Origin: a virus
Lineage: Duplodnaviria; Heunggongvirae; Uroviricota; Caudoviricetes
DNA: 64,000 nt
Reading direction: 5' to 3' (one strand)
IMG/VR virus record: IMGVR_UViG_3300043436_003321
Location: 26,530-90,529 of that record
In this document: positions 54,672 to 63,750 of the stretch, piece after piece
How the letters are laid out: the number at the start of each line of letters is the position of its first letter
Numbering within the stretch: position 1 is the first letter of the stretch
Program-made: the position numbers and the translations under genes
The notes under the pieces: generated by a model
Seen by the model: the letters and a program-made list of their open reading frames with translations, nothing else
Told to the model about the DNA's origin: nothing
Databases searched by the model: none

Positions 54672-55840
54672 TTGAATGCTTTCAGAATGATTGTATCCTC
54701 GTTAATGCGACCATTGAACTCACTTGGTACTGTTTTGATGTCAGTATAAACACGGCCGATCTTAGCCTTAGTACAAGACATGAGTTCCTTCAAAGTCTCC
54801 TCGGGCTTTCGAAGCTTTTTCTTACTGGTGTTATGCTCATCCATACCTTGAAGTGTAGTACCCTTGAGCATAAAGCCAGCTGCAGCCTGAGTCACACACC
54901 GAATAAGTGTTCGGTATTTCACATTGAAGAGCCAAATCTCTCCAGCGCCAATGATATTTGCAGGGTCGATACTGGTGAGTTTAAACTCTGCACTCTCTTT
55001 CATATATTTGATTTTGGCAACTTGTTGAGTGGCAGACTTAGGCTTGACCACACGAGTTTTACGGACGGCCTTCTTAGAGTCAAGATATCTCTCGGCGTCG
55101 TCAATGATCGCCATGATAAGCTTGAGGTATTCCTTGCGTCGTGCGAGAGGCATATTCCGATAACCCTCGACAAGATCGGGAGTCTTCTTACCGATAAGCT
55201 CTTGAAGTTCTTCCTTGAGTGGTGTGTAATACTCTACAGTAGCCTTTGCAATATTGCTAGGGGCATCAATCTTTTTCATTTCATTGTAAACTGAATAGTT
55301 CTCAATGTCGAGCCAGACACCATCCAGCCACGTATCAATTACATGTTCGATCTCGGCAATAAAGTCATGCGTCTTCTGTTTAATAACATCGGCCGGAGTC
55401 TTCTTGACAAAATCAACAACCACTGTATCATCTTGTAGTTTCTTCTGTAAATTTTGTCGGCCGGAATTAATGGCTTCTTGAAGTTTATTCTTGATCCATT
55501 CCATCCGACTTGATGTAAAGGGAGCTCCGTTCATATGCATACGGCACATACCAGCCGCAGTCATACTTGTACGCCAGGGTTCAGCTGCCATATATGCACG
55601 AAGATCTTCCTTCGACATATTCTTTTTCATCCAGGCAGCAACCCACTTGACGCCTTCTTTGTTATCATAGAAATAGTTTAGGTGCCGCAAGGTTTCATAT
55701 ACTGCGGCTTCAACATCTCGAACCTTAGTCCAATCTTTGGTTTCATACCCAACGTGTTTTTCCTCGGTAGCCACTGAGGACTTCCGAGGAACTTTGACTT
55801 CGACAGGTTTCTTTTTTGCAATAGTACGACGAGCGACCAT
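54668..55840 (-). CDS. hypothetical protein (390 aa; possible DNA-metabolism accessory protein)
   Basis: Basic N-terminus. No ATPase or nuclease motif recognised. Preceded by a promoter. Confidence 0.5.
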   Translation of the reverse strand: MVARRTIAKKKPVEVKVPRKSSVATEEKHVGYETKDWTKVRDVEAAVYETLRHLNYFYDNKEGVKWVAAWMKKNMSKEDLRAYMAAEPWRTSMTAAGMCRMHMNGAPFTSSRMEWIKNKLQEAINSGRQNLQKKLQDDTVVVDFVKKTPADVIKQKTHDFIAEIEHVIDTWLDGVWLDIENYSVYNEMKKIDAPSNIAKATVEYYTPLKEELQELIGKKTPDLVEGYRNMPLARRKEYLKLIMAIIDDAERYLDSKKAVRKTRVVKPKSATQQVAKIKYMKESAEFKLTSIDPANIIGAGEIWLFNVKYRTLIRCVTQAAAGFMLKGTTLQGMDEHNTSKKKLRKPEETLKELMSCTKAKIGRVYTDIKTVPSEFNGRINEDTIILKAFK

Positions 55841-55857
55841 GTTATCCTCACTGTGAT

Positions 55858-55897
55858 TTAATAGTATACTATCACACTTCTATACTATGTCAACAGA
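55858..55897 (-). promoter_or_regulatory. early promoter (TTGACA-N16-TAGTAT)
   Basis: Minus strand aagtctgTTGACAtagtatagaagtgtgaTAGTATact. The -35 box is 55893-55888. Confidence 0.5.
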
Positions 55898-56814
55898 CTT
55901 TTTAGAAGTGTTTCCCATTCACGCGAACGAGTATCCCATGCATACACAGAGTCAGTCAAAGATTTTTTAACTGCAGCATTATTTACAAAACCTGTATGCT
56001 CACTATACTCACGACGAAGGGTAATTGCATTATGAAGCTGATTATAGAATCTTTGAGCATGGACATTTGGATTTTCATGGTATTCGTACATCATGGTGAG
56101 ATTCATAGATGTCTCAGGTAGGGCAGCTAACGATGAATGCACACACGTAAGTCCAGCGCTCATTGCTTCAATGAGAACAAGGCATGAAGTCTCCTGCCAT
56201 GTTGATGGATATGCAAGAATATGATTCCGCTTAAGCTCTTCGCGGATCTTATCATTCGATACAGATTTGCTGTAGTTAATCTGAGGATGATCTTCAAGTT
56301 TTTTAAACAAATCCTGGTATTGTACATCACGTTCTGGCCAAGCATATAGATCAAATGAGCTAAATACGTTGAGTTCAATATCAGAAAATTGTTTGGTAAG
56401 ATGATCGAATACCGGATATAGAATATCCAAGCCCCGATGAGGGGTTGAGTAATACATCAACCGAATCTTGTCCATAGGTTTGGCATGTTCTTCGATTGGT
56501 GTAATAGCATTTCTGAGCACAACACCCGCCGAGGGTGGAACCCCAAGCCAATCTTGAAATTGTTGTTTCTGCCAATGACTCACAAACACAAGTTTATCAA
56601 ATTGCCGCCAACCCTCATCCTTAAAATAAGAATACATTGGGTCCTGAGCCAAATCGTGAATAACAAGAATATTTTTCTTGGTGACATCAATACCACTATT
56701 GCGCGAATGAATGATATTAAAGTGGCTTAAAAGATCTTGAGGCAGAGAGTTAATCCTCCCTGCCATCAATTCAGTCCCACCTCTAGCAATTAAATTAGTC
56801 AAAAGCGACTCCAT
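55885..56814 (-). CDS. GT-B fold glycosyltransferase (GT1/GT4-like)
   Basis: 309 aa. The C-terminal STWQETSCLVLIEAMSAGLTCV matches the E-x7-E-type donor-binding motif. Confidence 0.65.
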   Translation of the reverse strand: MESLLTNLIARGGTELMAGRINSLPQDLLSHFNIIHSRNSGIDVTKKNILVIHDLAQDPMYSYFKDEGWRQFDKLVFVSHWQKQQFQDWLGVPPSAGVVLRNAITPIEEHAKPMDKIRLMYYSTPHRGLDILYPVFDHLTKQFSDIELNVFSSFDLYAWPERDVQYQDLFKKLEDHPQINYSKSVSNDKIREELKRNHILAYPSTWQETSCLVLIEAMSAGLTCVHSSLAALPETSMNLTMMYEYHENPNVHAQRFYNQLHNAITLRREYSEHTGFVNNAAVKKSLTDSVYAWDTRSREWETLLKSLLT

Positions 56815-57052
56815 TTACAGTTTTAAGACTATCCCAACGGAAACTACGCCAACCTTGATTGATCAAATCAAACACAGCCATGACATCAGGATTCTGAGCC
56901 TTTTTCTGAACAGCCTCCTCAAGATCAATTTGAGTAGGAAGTTTGTCAGCTCTCAATGTAGCAGTCATAACTCGGACCGATCCATCCTTCTTGATGAATT
57001 CAAGATCAACGGTCTCATTATGCAAAAGTTCAAGTACTTCAGATTTTCCCAT
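56795..57052 (-). CDS. hypothetical protein (86 aa from MGKSEVLELL...)
   Basis: Internal start of the 123-aa track ORF with strong RBS GGAGGA. The longer form overlaps the glutaredoxin gene. Confidence 0.45.
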   Translation of the reverse strand: MGKSEVLELLHNETVDLEFIKKDGSVRVMTATLRADKLPTQIDLEEAVQKKAQNPDVMAVFDLINQGWRSFRWDSLKTVNGVAFD

Positions 57053-57299
57053 CACCAAATCCTCCAATGGTATTTTCAACTTCGGCGGCAAAATCAGTAT
57101 AGCCGCCAATATAACGATCGTCCCACCAAATCTGAGGTAGGGTTTTAACATCAGGCTTGAGAGCACTCAATTCAAGAATAAATTGCACATTGGTATCTAC
57201 ATTACGATACTCAACTCTATGCCCCAAGGTATCGGCCAAATCTTTAGCCTTTGTGCACCATCCACAATTATTTTTAGAGTAAATGGTAATCATAATCAA
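57039..57299 (-). CDS. glutaredoxin/NrdC-like thiol-disulfide oxidoreductase
   Basis: 86 aa. TIYSKNNCGWCTKAK has the CxxC active site. The C-terminal IGGYTDF is typical of the glutaredoxin fold. Confidence 0.7.
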   Translation of the reverse strand: MIMITIYSKNNCGWCTKAKDLADTLGHRVEYRNVDTNVQFILELSALKPDVKTLPQIWWDDRYIGGYTDFAAEVENTIGGFGDGKI

Positions 57300-57565
57300 T
57301 CCTCATCAAAATTGATTTTCTTCTTCCGATCAATGCCTTTATAGCGCTCGTACCAAGCTTTGCCATTCACACGAACCTTGATAAACCGCTTATTGGTTTC
57401 ATTCTTGTTCGGATTCTCCATGGTAAATACGACATCTTTACCGTTTCGCAGAGCAGCAATTTTATTGAGCATACGCCGACCAGAATCTGTGTTGCGAGTG
57501 CTAATTGAACTTTGACGTTCCCCTTTTGAGGTGTAATGTTTGCCCGAACCTTTACCTTTAGCCAT
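57296..57565 (-). CDS. small basic protein (possible nucleic-acid binding)
   Basis: 89 aa, Lys/Arg-rich. Confidence 0.45.
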   Translation of the reverse strand: MAKGKGSGKHYTSKGERQSSISTRNTDSGRRMLNKIAALRNGKDVVFTMENPNKNETNKRFIKVRVNGKAWYERYKGIDRKKKINFDED

Positions 57566-57728
57566 TATTTAGTCTCCCATTTAAAATTTTCATTAATAGT
57601 ATGATCATGATCTTCTATACATTTAATAATATGATTTAGAAGTGTAGCACCATTCACTCTAGAATATATATCGTAGCCATGGTTTGTCAACAAATATTTT
57701 AATTCGGCGCGAAGTTGATTACTTATCA

Positions 57729-58073
57729 TTATAAAGAAAAGCCCAGTTCTTTCCAGTTACGAACGTATTGGATCTTCTTCTCACGAGTCCAATCAATCAG
57801 ATAGTCATTATCAGTGTCAAACTTCTCGAGCATCTGCTCTTCCGTAAGAATCTCTGTGTCAATAATACTCTCACCAACGTGCTTCTGAGAGAATTCCTTT
57901 ATCTCGTTACAGGTAACGCAATCATTAGCCCATTCAATCTCATGGCCTTCGACAGGAACCTCAGTGTTCAGTTGTTGCAGCTCATCTACGGGAATGCAGT
58001 AACGCATACGGTAAGACGAGATAGCAGTTACGATTACATATTTGGTCATTTTACTCTCCTTCAATCTCGGCAA
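57729..58073 (-). CDS. hypothetical protein
   Basis: 114 aa. Likely start MTKYVIV about 24 nt inside the ORF. Confidence 0.5.
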   Translation of the reverse strand: MPRLKESKMTKYVIVTAISSYRMRYCIPVDELQQLNTEVPVEGHEIEWANDCVTCNEIKEFSQKHVGESIIDTEILTEEQMLEKFDTDNDYLIDWTREKKIQYVRNWKELGFSL

Positions 58074-58088
58074 TGATGCCCGCGGGCG

Positions 58089-58466
58089 TCACGCTGGTTC
58101 AGCTTTGACCACCGCAGCCCCCCCCATCGCCTTCGCCAGCTTGTCTTCTGCGGCAATAAGTTGACGGCACAACTCGGTTAGATCGCCCTGCAACTCCTCC
58201 GCATAAGCCTCGGCCTCCTTGGCGTCAGCACGGGCGGCTTCATTAATCGCAACAAGTTGCTCGAGTTGCTCGGTCAGGGCTTCGATGCGGTCGGCCATCG
58301 CCAAAATGAGCAACCCGGTTGAATAAAAAGGCGGCGTTGGAGGGCCATTTTCGCTCCACTCCCTAGCCAGCTTCACCAGTTCTTCGTCAGTCATTTTACT
58401 TCCTTTGCAATACAGTATCCTCGCAAGGTGTGAACAGGTTCGAGTTGTGTAATAGCAGCTTTGCAA
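58089..58466 (-). CDS. hypothetical coiled-coil protein in a GC-rich patch
   Basis: Track ORF of 125 aa. Probable start MTDEELVKLAREW. Local GC clearly higher than the genome background. Confidence 0.4.
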   Translation of the reverse strand: MQSCYYTTRTCSHLARILYCKGSKMTDEELVKLAREWSENGPPTPPFYSTGLLILAMADRIEALTEQLEQLVAINEAARADAKEAEAYAEELQGDLTELCRQLIAAEDKLAKAMGGAAVVKAEPA

Positions 58467-58560
58467 GAGTCATAATTAGGAAACTCCTGCATTGCTACAC
58501 CACCTTCTTGATAACCATTAAATACTAGAACAAGAATATATGCTCCTGCCGTGTTAATCA

Positions 58561-59004
58561 TCAAAAGTCCTCCTCACCTTGGTAGACGTTAAACACAAAG
58601 ATGCCAGCATCACGCCACATGCGAACCACACGAGGACGATCGTCAAACACCATGTCTGGCTTTTTACCGTAGTCAGAGATGATGTCGTCAAGGATTTCAC
58701 GCTTTACGATATCGTCACTGCGGAAGTCATCTGCGGGTCGCATGTAGAGTTTTTCGTATTCATAAAACCCATTGCTCTGTAGCCACTTTTCAGTAGCAGA
58801 GCGACTACGCTCATTCCGCCCACTCGCAAGAATGATAGTGTTAAATGCAGACAGCGAGCGGAATGCTTCTGCAACAGGCTCATTCACTTTATCATTCGGA
58901 ATGCTAGCATCAAACGCAGCCCAGTTCTTAGGCTTGCTACGAACATAATCCAAACGATGCTCGATGTTAGCGAGCGTTCCGTCAATATCAAATACGATCA
59001 GCAT
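58561..59004 (-). CDS. HAD-family phosphatase (polynucleotide 3'-phosphatase-like)
   Basis: 147 aa. The N-terminal LIVFDIDGTLA matches HAD motif I. Confidence 0.65.
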   Translation of the reverse strand: MLIVFDIDGTLANIEHRLDYVRSKPKNWAAFDASIPNDKVNEPVAEAFRSLSAFNTIILASGRNERSRSATEKWLQSNGFYEYEKLYMRPADDFRSDDIVKREILDDIISDYGKKPDMVFDDRPRVVRMWRDAGIFVFNVYQGEEDF

Positions 59005-59353
59005 TTTTAATCCTCAGATAGTTGTTCAGCAAGCCTTCGATGTTTGCTTTGCCGATAGGGTTTTGCGAGTGGACGTAGAAGTCAAAGTTGTCTGGAAGTG
59101 GGTAGTGTTTATCATTCATATCCCAGTCAACAATATGTTTAGCGATATCGTGACCGGTGGGTTGATCTTGACCAAGATCATGATCAAATGAAATATATGC
59201 CGGCATTCCTCTCGTCCCAACAGCTATAACAACGTCATAGCGAGTGCGGCAGATCACCCACTTTTCATTACGATACTTCTCGCGGACCTGCCAAGGTGCC
59301 CAAGTGACATCCTCGAGGTTACGTTCGTCATCAAGAAACAAGTTCCAGGTCAT
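58988..59353 (-). CDS. conserved hypothetical protein
   Basis: 121 aa. Motifs NLFLDDERN and ISFDHDLG look like a conserved family I cannot name. Confidence 0.45.
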   Translation of the reverse strand: MTWNLFLDDERNLEDVTWAPWQVREKYRNEKWVICRTRYDVVIAVGTRGMPAYISFDHDLGQDQPTGHDIAKHIVDWDMNDKHYPLPDNFDFYVHSQNPIGKANIEGLLNNYLRIKNADRI

Positions 59354-59547
59354 TATTGCGTTTCCTTTACACGAATTTCTTTTTCAGCGATCATATACCA
59401 ATCAGGAGCAAAGTCTTCGGTATTATACGAGTTGATCTTGTCACGGTACTCTGCGGCTTCTCGATAAGTATCAAAAAGTGCATACTCGCGCTTCTGACCC
59501 CAACCACGTTCAGACTCAATTGTGCAGACTTCGTATTGAATTTTCAT
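59353..59547 (-). CDS. hypothetical protein
   Basis: 64 aa. Confidence 0.45.
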   Translation of the reverse strand: MKIQYEVCTIESERGWGQKREYALFDTYREAAEYRDKINSYNTEDFAPDWYMIAEKEIRVKETQ

Positions 59548-59548
59548 C

Positions 59549-59710
59549 TCAGATCACCTTTGCGATTTCAATAAAAACATAGTACTCTTTGTCGAGACCT
59601 TCGACAATCTTCTCAGCCTCTTCTTGCGTGTCTGCCCGAAACATGTCGTAAGACTCGAGTCGATCGCCGTAACGATCGAACTCTTCGTAGTGTGCATAGA
59701 CCTTGTACAT
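59549..59710 (-). CDS. small acidic hypothetical protein (53 aa, MYKVYAHYEEFDRYGDRLESYDMF...)
   Basis: Not in the track. RBS GGAG. Possibly paralogous to the adjacent 61-aa gene (both MxxxxxAxYEg...). Confidence 0.3.
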   Translation of the reverse strand: MYKVYAHYEEFDRYGDRLESYDMFRADTQEEAEKIVEGLDKEYYVFIEIAKVI

Positions 59711-59720
59711 CTAATTCTCC

Positions 59721-59906
59721 TTAGAAGCGATATTCTGCAGGCGCATCAACTGCGACTTCACGAACAACGAACTGCTCATAAGATGGCAGATCACGTTCAG
59801 AATCAACCAGATACTGTTGCGAAGCAGCTTCTGCGAGTTCGCGAGTCGAGTATACGCCGAGAAGGGTTTCACCTTCGTAGTCAGCAGCAACAGTGAGTAC
59901 AAACAT
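59721..59906 (-). CDS. small acidic hypothetical protein
   Basis: 61 aa, downstream of an early promoter. Confidence 0.45.
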   Translation of the reverse strand: MFVLTVAADYEGETLLGVYSTRELAEAASQQYLVDSERDLPSYEQFVVREVAVDAPAEYRF

Positions 59907-59923
59907 TGGATGTTCCTTTCGTT

Positions 59924-59967
59924 CCTTACATATACAATATAAACACTACTAAGGAAATGTCAACCCC
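59924..59967 (-). promoter_or_regulatory. early promoter, conserved family
   Basis: GGGGGTTGACAtttccttagtagtgttTATATTGTATATGTAAGGAAC. The -35 box is 59963-59958. Confidence 0.65.
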
Positions 59968-60153
59968 CATTTTTAAAAAATTAAATCTATATCGCTCATC
60001 GAAAATCTTCTATAAGGTTTTTTACAAATAAAAACAAATGTGTACCGGTGCCAAGCCCGAGAGCCATTGAAACAATAGGTTGACTAATGCCATCGGCCAA
60101 ATTGGTATATATTGCAAAACCACCGATAACACTAAAGATACCATATACTATAC

Positions 60154-60420
60154 TCATTCTTCAATATCCTCAAAAATTTTATTAAAAGTAATTTCACCAT
60201 ATTCCCCACGGCCAGTCATGCCGAGTTCATATAGCCGAGCCATCATCTTTGCATCGTGTTCAGTCTTGATGTACATCGACGTATCAAGATCGCCGTGCAA
60301 CATACCTACTTCGGTTCTAAAGAAGTCAACAACATACATTGTTTTGGTATAGGAGCTGTCAAAGTCGCCGTAGCAGACATCAACATCAACTTCTTCTGGA
60401 GTGACGATCGCGATAGCCAT
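60154..60420 (-). CDS. hypothetical protein
   Basis: 88 aa. Confidence 0.5.
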   Translation of the reverse strand: MAIAIVTPEEVDVDVCYGDFDSSYTKTMYVVDFFRTEVGMLHGDLDTSMYIKTEHDAKMMARLYELGMTGRGEYGEITFNKIFEDIEE

Positions 60421-60435
60421 GATGTAACCTCTGTT

Positions 60436-60479
60436 TGTTATAGTTATAATATAAACACTGGCTGCAAAATGTCAACCCC
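60436..60479 (-). promoter_or_regulatory. early promoter, conserved family (partial leader block)
   Basis: aGGGGTTGACAttttgcagccagtgttTATATTATAACTATAAC. The -35 box is 60475-60470. Confidence 0.55.
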
Positions 60480-60489
60480 TTTTTTAAAT

Positions 60490-60819
60490 TTAGTTGATTA
60501 AATTGCTCCAAGTCATGAGTTTGTTGCGCTTTACATGTATTCTAGCACTCAACTCTTTGTCAGTCAGGATCCCATGCTCAACCATCAATTCGATCATACA
60601 CAGAACATCGCCGGCTTCTTCGATCAACAAATCTCTATACTTGTCGTTCTGGATTTCCTCGAGTGTCGTGTACTTACGCATAACTTTCATGCATACTTGT
60701 GTCAGTTCGCCACATTCTTCTGATGTAATTGCCATAAGTTGTTGTATGGCATTCAGTGGTGATTCTAGTTCTTCGTTACTTACCATGTTCTTGCCTTTTT
60801 CTAACGCTACAATAGTCAA
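60490..60819 (-). CDS. mazG: MazG-like nucleotide pyrophosphohydrolase
   Basis: 109 aa. EECGELTQV ... EEAGDVLCMI matches the MazG EExxE...E..D signature. Likely start MVSNEEL at about 60786. Confidence 0.75.
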   Translation of the reverse strand: MTIVALEKGKNMVSNEELESPLNAIQQLMAITSEECGELTQVCMKVMRKYTTLEEIQNDKYRDLLIEEAGDVLCMIELMVEHGILTDKELSARIHVKRNKLMTWSNLIN

Positions 60820-60976
60820 CAGTCCAGAGAGAGTACGTTAATCCTGCTAGTAGACCGTATAAAATATTCACCCAAAAGTTATCACCAGTTATACTGACTA
60901 TACAAAAAGCAACTATTAAGTCTGCTGTTAGGATAGCAACTACCCAATCATACCAACGTATCATTGTCAATCCCAC
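60776..60976 (-). CDS. small membrane protein
   Basis: 66 aa with two hydrophobic helices. Confidence 0.4.
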   Translation of the reverse strand: MGLTMIRWYDWVVAILTADLIVAFCIVSITGDNFWVNILYGLLAGLTYSLWTVDYCSVRKRQEHGK

Positions 60977-61626
60977 AAAGAAAAGTAGTAGCGGCCAAAA
61001 AGTCTGTGGCCATTCTTGATGCGGTCGTAGTGAGCTTTCTTACCTTCTTCGTCCACCTTGAACGTATGGTTAGGCCCATATTCCATTCTAGAGTATTTGT
61101 CGTCTTCTTTCACAAACTTCCAATCCACTTCACCAGAGTAGAATTGATCGTCACCAGTGTCGTCCTTTGCGCACTGCTCGAAGGCCCAGATCATTTCGTC
61201 AAGAACCCAGTCCCAACGTGCTTCGTGGTTATCATCAATATCCCATTCATCCTTTTTTGGTGGTGCAGCAGTGCTACGAAGATGCTCAGGAACGTCCTCG
61301 TCGTCTACATATGGTGCACCGTGCTTGTTCTCTTTCAGCTTCAATAGCAAAGGATGAACAAGCATTGCAATCGTATGGTCTGCACCCCAAACATCGTATC
61401 CGTCAACGTGGATCTTAACTTTGCGCTGAGCTTTGTCAAGATACTTATTAATGGTTTTGTTGTAGAGAGTTTGAAGTGCACCCTCGAGTTTGTAGGTAAA
61501 CTTGTCCATCCAAGTATACTTGTTTTCATCCATATCCCACCAAGTCTCAGCGTACTTTCTATCCATCCAACGATCATGGACTTTAGAAACCCAACGGTAG
61601 CGGTAAGGTCCTAGGTATACTTTCAT
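60967..61626 (-). CDS. hypothetical protein
   Basis: 219 aa, Trp/Asp-rich. Preceded by a promoter. Confidence 0.5.
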   Translation of the reverse strand: MKVYLGPYRYRWVSKVHDRWMDRKYAETWWDMDENKYTWMDKFTYKLEGALQTLYNKTINKYLDKAQRKVKIHVDGYDVWGADHTIAMLVHPLLLKLKENKHGAPYVDDEDVPEHLRSTAAPPKKDEWDIDDNHEARWDWVLDEMIWAFEQCAKDDTGDDQFYSGEVDWKFVKEDDKYSRMEYGPNHTFKVDEEGKKAHYDRIKNGHRLFGRYYFSLWD

Positions 61627-61646
61627 TTTCTTTCCTTAATAATTTT

Positions 61647-61688
61647 TATAGAATTACTATAATCGGTTCAGAAGCAAATGTCAACTAT
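61647..61688 (-). promoter_or_regulatory. early promoter (TTGACA-N17-TATAGT)
   Basis: Minus strand TTGACAtttgcttctgaaccgatTATAGTaattc. The -35 box is 61684-61679. Confidence 0.5.
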
Positions 61689-62058
61689 AATGAATCAGGT
61701 TTATCAGTTTGAAGTCTTTACCTTCGAGAAGATAAACATGATCTGGATACAACCGAGCAAACTGTTCTTTGTATTCTAACTCAAGGTTCAAAAAATTACT
61801 GGTGTCAATTTCTTGATAGTCGTTCATGTCATCACAGTAACGGAAGTCACCAGAGTCGTAGATTTTGTGGCCAAGAATTATGTAATTACCCATCATACCA
61901 TCGATGACGGCTTCGACCTGTCGATCTGCTGGTTGTGGTTTACCCCATCCAAATTCATCTAAAAGTGCTTCTTCGATTTCTTCATATGCTTCGTAGAAAG
62001 CATTATCCCAATCTAATTTTACGCCATAGACGGTATATACATGTGTGTTGATACCCAT
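61681..62058 (-). CDS. hypothetical protein
   Basis: 125 aa. Confidence 0.5.
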   Translation of the reverse strand: MGINTHVYTVYGVKLDWDNAFYEAYEEIEEALLDEFGWGKPQPADRQVEAVIDGMMGNYIILGHKIYDSGDFRYCDDMNDYQEIDTSNFLNLELEYKEQFARLYPDHVYLLEGKDFKLINLIHYS

Positions 62059-62246
62059 TAATTCAAGCCCTCGTATTTTGCTTTTAGTCGAGCGAGTTCG
62101 GCTCGTTCTTTACGTTCTTTGTCTTTACGCAGCCATCTGATATAGATATCTTGGTCGTATGTGCGATCCTTGTTGCAGCATTCCCATCCGATAGGACCGC
62201 AATCGGTAAGTGGTTGTTTACACCCTTCACATACTAACTCAGTCAT
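62058..62246 (-). CDS. small Cys-rich (zinc-ribbon-like) protein
   Basis: 62 aa. CEGC...C...CC pattern. Confidence 0.45.
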   Translation of the reverse strand: MTELVCEGCKQPLTDCGPIGWECCNKDRTYDQDIYIRWLRKDKERKERAELARLKAKYEGLN

Positions 62247-62767
62247 TCGATTACCTCGTTTGGAAACTTTTCTGTTGGTACAAACACGTATTCAGGTTTA
62301 TCCGGCTGTGTCCAAGGAAACTCGATAAACACTCGGCTTTCACGACCCGTATAGTAGTCCTTATATGGTTTACCTTCGTCAATATCTGGCGACGAATACC
62401 ATTCCCAGAACACTCGTCCGTCCATCCAGTATGGTCGACCATCTTCATCCTTAAAGACAGAACTGTTACGTTTGTTCTGCCATACATCAGGACCTACTTC
62501 AGTCCACTCGTCAGATTCGCCAGTCAAAGGCGCAATAGGTTTCCATGATGCAAGCTTCTCAAACAGAGCTACTGCATACGGCGCTGACATACCGCTGTGA
62601 CCTTGTTCTGAGAACACTTTCAGAAGTTCGAGCGTTCCTTCTGCTAGCCAACGGTTAGGTCCATCTTCTGGATCATTAATATCATATCCAGCCAGTTTAA
62701 GTTCGGCTTCCGCCCATTTCAACATGTTGCTCATTTGCTTTCCTCTATTAGATTTTTCAAGCGCCAC
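62243..62767 (-). CDS. hypothetical protein
   Basis: 174 aa. Confidence 0.5.
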   Translation of the reverse strand: MALEKSNRGKQMSNMLKWAEAELKLAGYDINDPEDGPNRWLAEGTLELLKVFSEQGHSGMSAPYAVALFEKLASWKPIAPLTGESDEWTEVGPDVWQNKRNSSVFKDEDGRPYWMDGRVFWEWYSSPDIDEGKPYKDYYTGRESRVFIEFPWTQPDKPEYVFVPTEKFPNEVIE

Positions 62768-62919
62768 ATAACGAAGTCATAGTCGCCATCTTCATTTTTA
62801 TACATTTGGTCATAAGCAGTTTGAAGCCCTGCGATGTATGCTTTCTTCATAAGGTCAAGCGAGTCTTCACCTGTATCAATATCCATACTGTGATAACCAA
62901 GCCATTCATACCAGTTCAT
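62731..62919 (-). CDS. hypothetical protein
   Basis: 62 aa. Confidence 0.4.
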   Translation of the reverse strand: MNWYEWLGYHSMDIDTGEDSLDLMKKAYIAGLQTAYDQMYKNEDGDYDFVMWRLKNLIEESK

Positions 62920-63239
62920 TCTTTAGGCTTCTCATTATATGATTGCCAGGGAGTGTACCCTGTGGTGACAATTTTCGTGCCGTAATACGGTCTCATAAAC
63001 GTAGGACAGTGAATATCAGCACAGACATATCCCATTACTCCTCTAAACTCCATTCCACACTTTGAACATTTCACTGGAGGAGTTGGAATACCGTCACGAG
63101 GATATGGAACATGAGGAGGAATTGGATTAGGTTCATCTTTCTTAAGGAGGTGCTGAATGATCAAAGCAACATCATGCTTGATATCTTCAACATCAGACTG
63201 AATCTTCTCGATTGCCTTATTGCGTTCTTCTTTATTCAT
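62916..63239 (-). CDS. zinc-ribbon-containing hypothetical protein
   Basis: 107 aa. CSKCG...CADIHC. Confidence 0.5.
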   Translation of the reverse strand: MNKEERNKAIEKIQSDVEDIKHDVALIIQHLLKKDEPNPIPPHVPYPRDGIPTPPVKCSKCGMEFRGVMGYVCADIHCPTFMRPYYGTKIVTTGYTPWQSYNEKPKE

Positions 63240-63601
63240 TAGTTAATATCCTCATCTTCCCATTCTTTGGTGTATATCACATTTGAAGGTCGGTTGTACT
63301 TTTCAATCAGTGGCTTGATCTGGTCACGACGATAGCCAGCAAGACCACAACCAATAGGAGTCAGTAGAAACTCATCATCAGGATTAGCATATGCATACTT
63401 GATAAAGTCAGCGATGTGTTGCTCAATTGCTTCAAGAGTAAGAGTCTTAAGACTAAAGTCTTTGGTGGGAATGGCATATGAACAGCCAGTCCGACCAACA
63501 CCTACACCATACTCTGCGCCGTAGCGCTCGTGTGCATACTTAGCTGCCCCGGCACCGTGGCGACCAGCAAGGTTAGAACCAAAGACAAAGATCTTAGTCA
63601 T
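63239..63601 (-). CDS. small Rossmann-like protein with SLOG/LOG-type Gly-rich motifs
   Basis: 120 aa. Two motifs, IFVFGSNLAGRHGAGAA and LLTPIGCGLAGY, resemble the paired glycine motifs of LOG/SLOG nucleotide-binding domains. Tentative. Confidence 0.4.
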   Translation of the reverse strand: MTKIFVFGSNLAGRHGAGAAKYAHERYGAEYGVGVGRTGCSYAIPTKDFSLKTLTLEAIEQHIADFIKYAYANPDDEFLLTPIGCGLAGYRRDQIKPLIEKYNRPSNVIYTKEWEDEDIN

Positions 63602-63750
63602 TTGCGTTCCTCCGCAATTCGAATTAACTCAGCCAATAGCAACAGACCAGCAGTTACTTCGGCAACCAGAAACCCTGCAGCCAATCCACCAAATGCGATG
63701 ACTCGAAGCACGCTCTTGGCGTATGATAGATACAGAGTAGGTATTTTCAT
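63598..63750 (-). CDS. small membrane protein (50 aa)
   Basis: Not in the track. ATGA start/stop overlaps with both neighbours. One hydrophobic helix. Confidence 0.35.
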   Translation of the reverse strand: MKIPTLYLSYAKSVLRVIAFGGLAAGFLVAEVTAGLLLLAELIRIAEERK

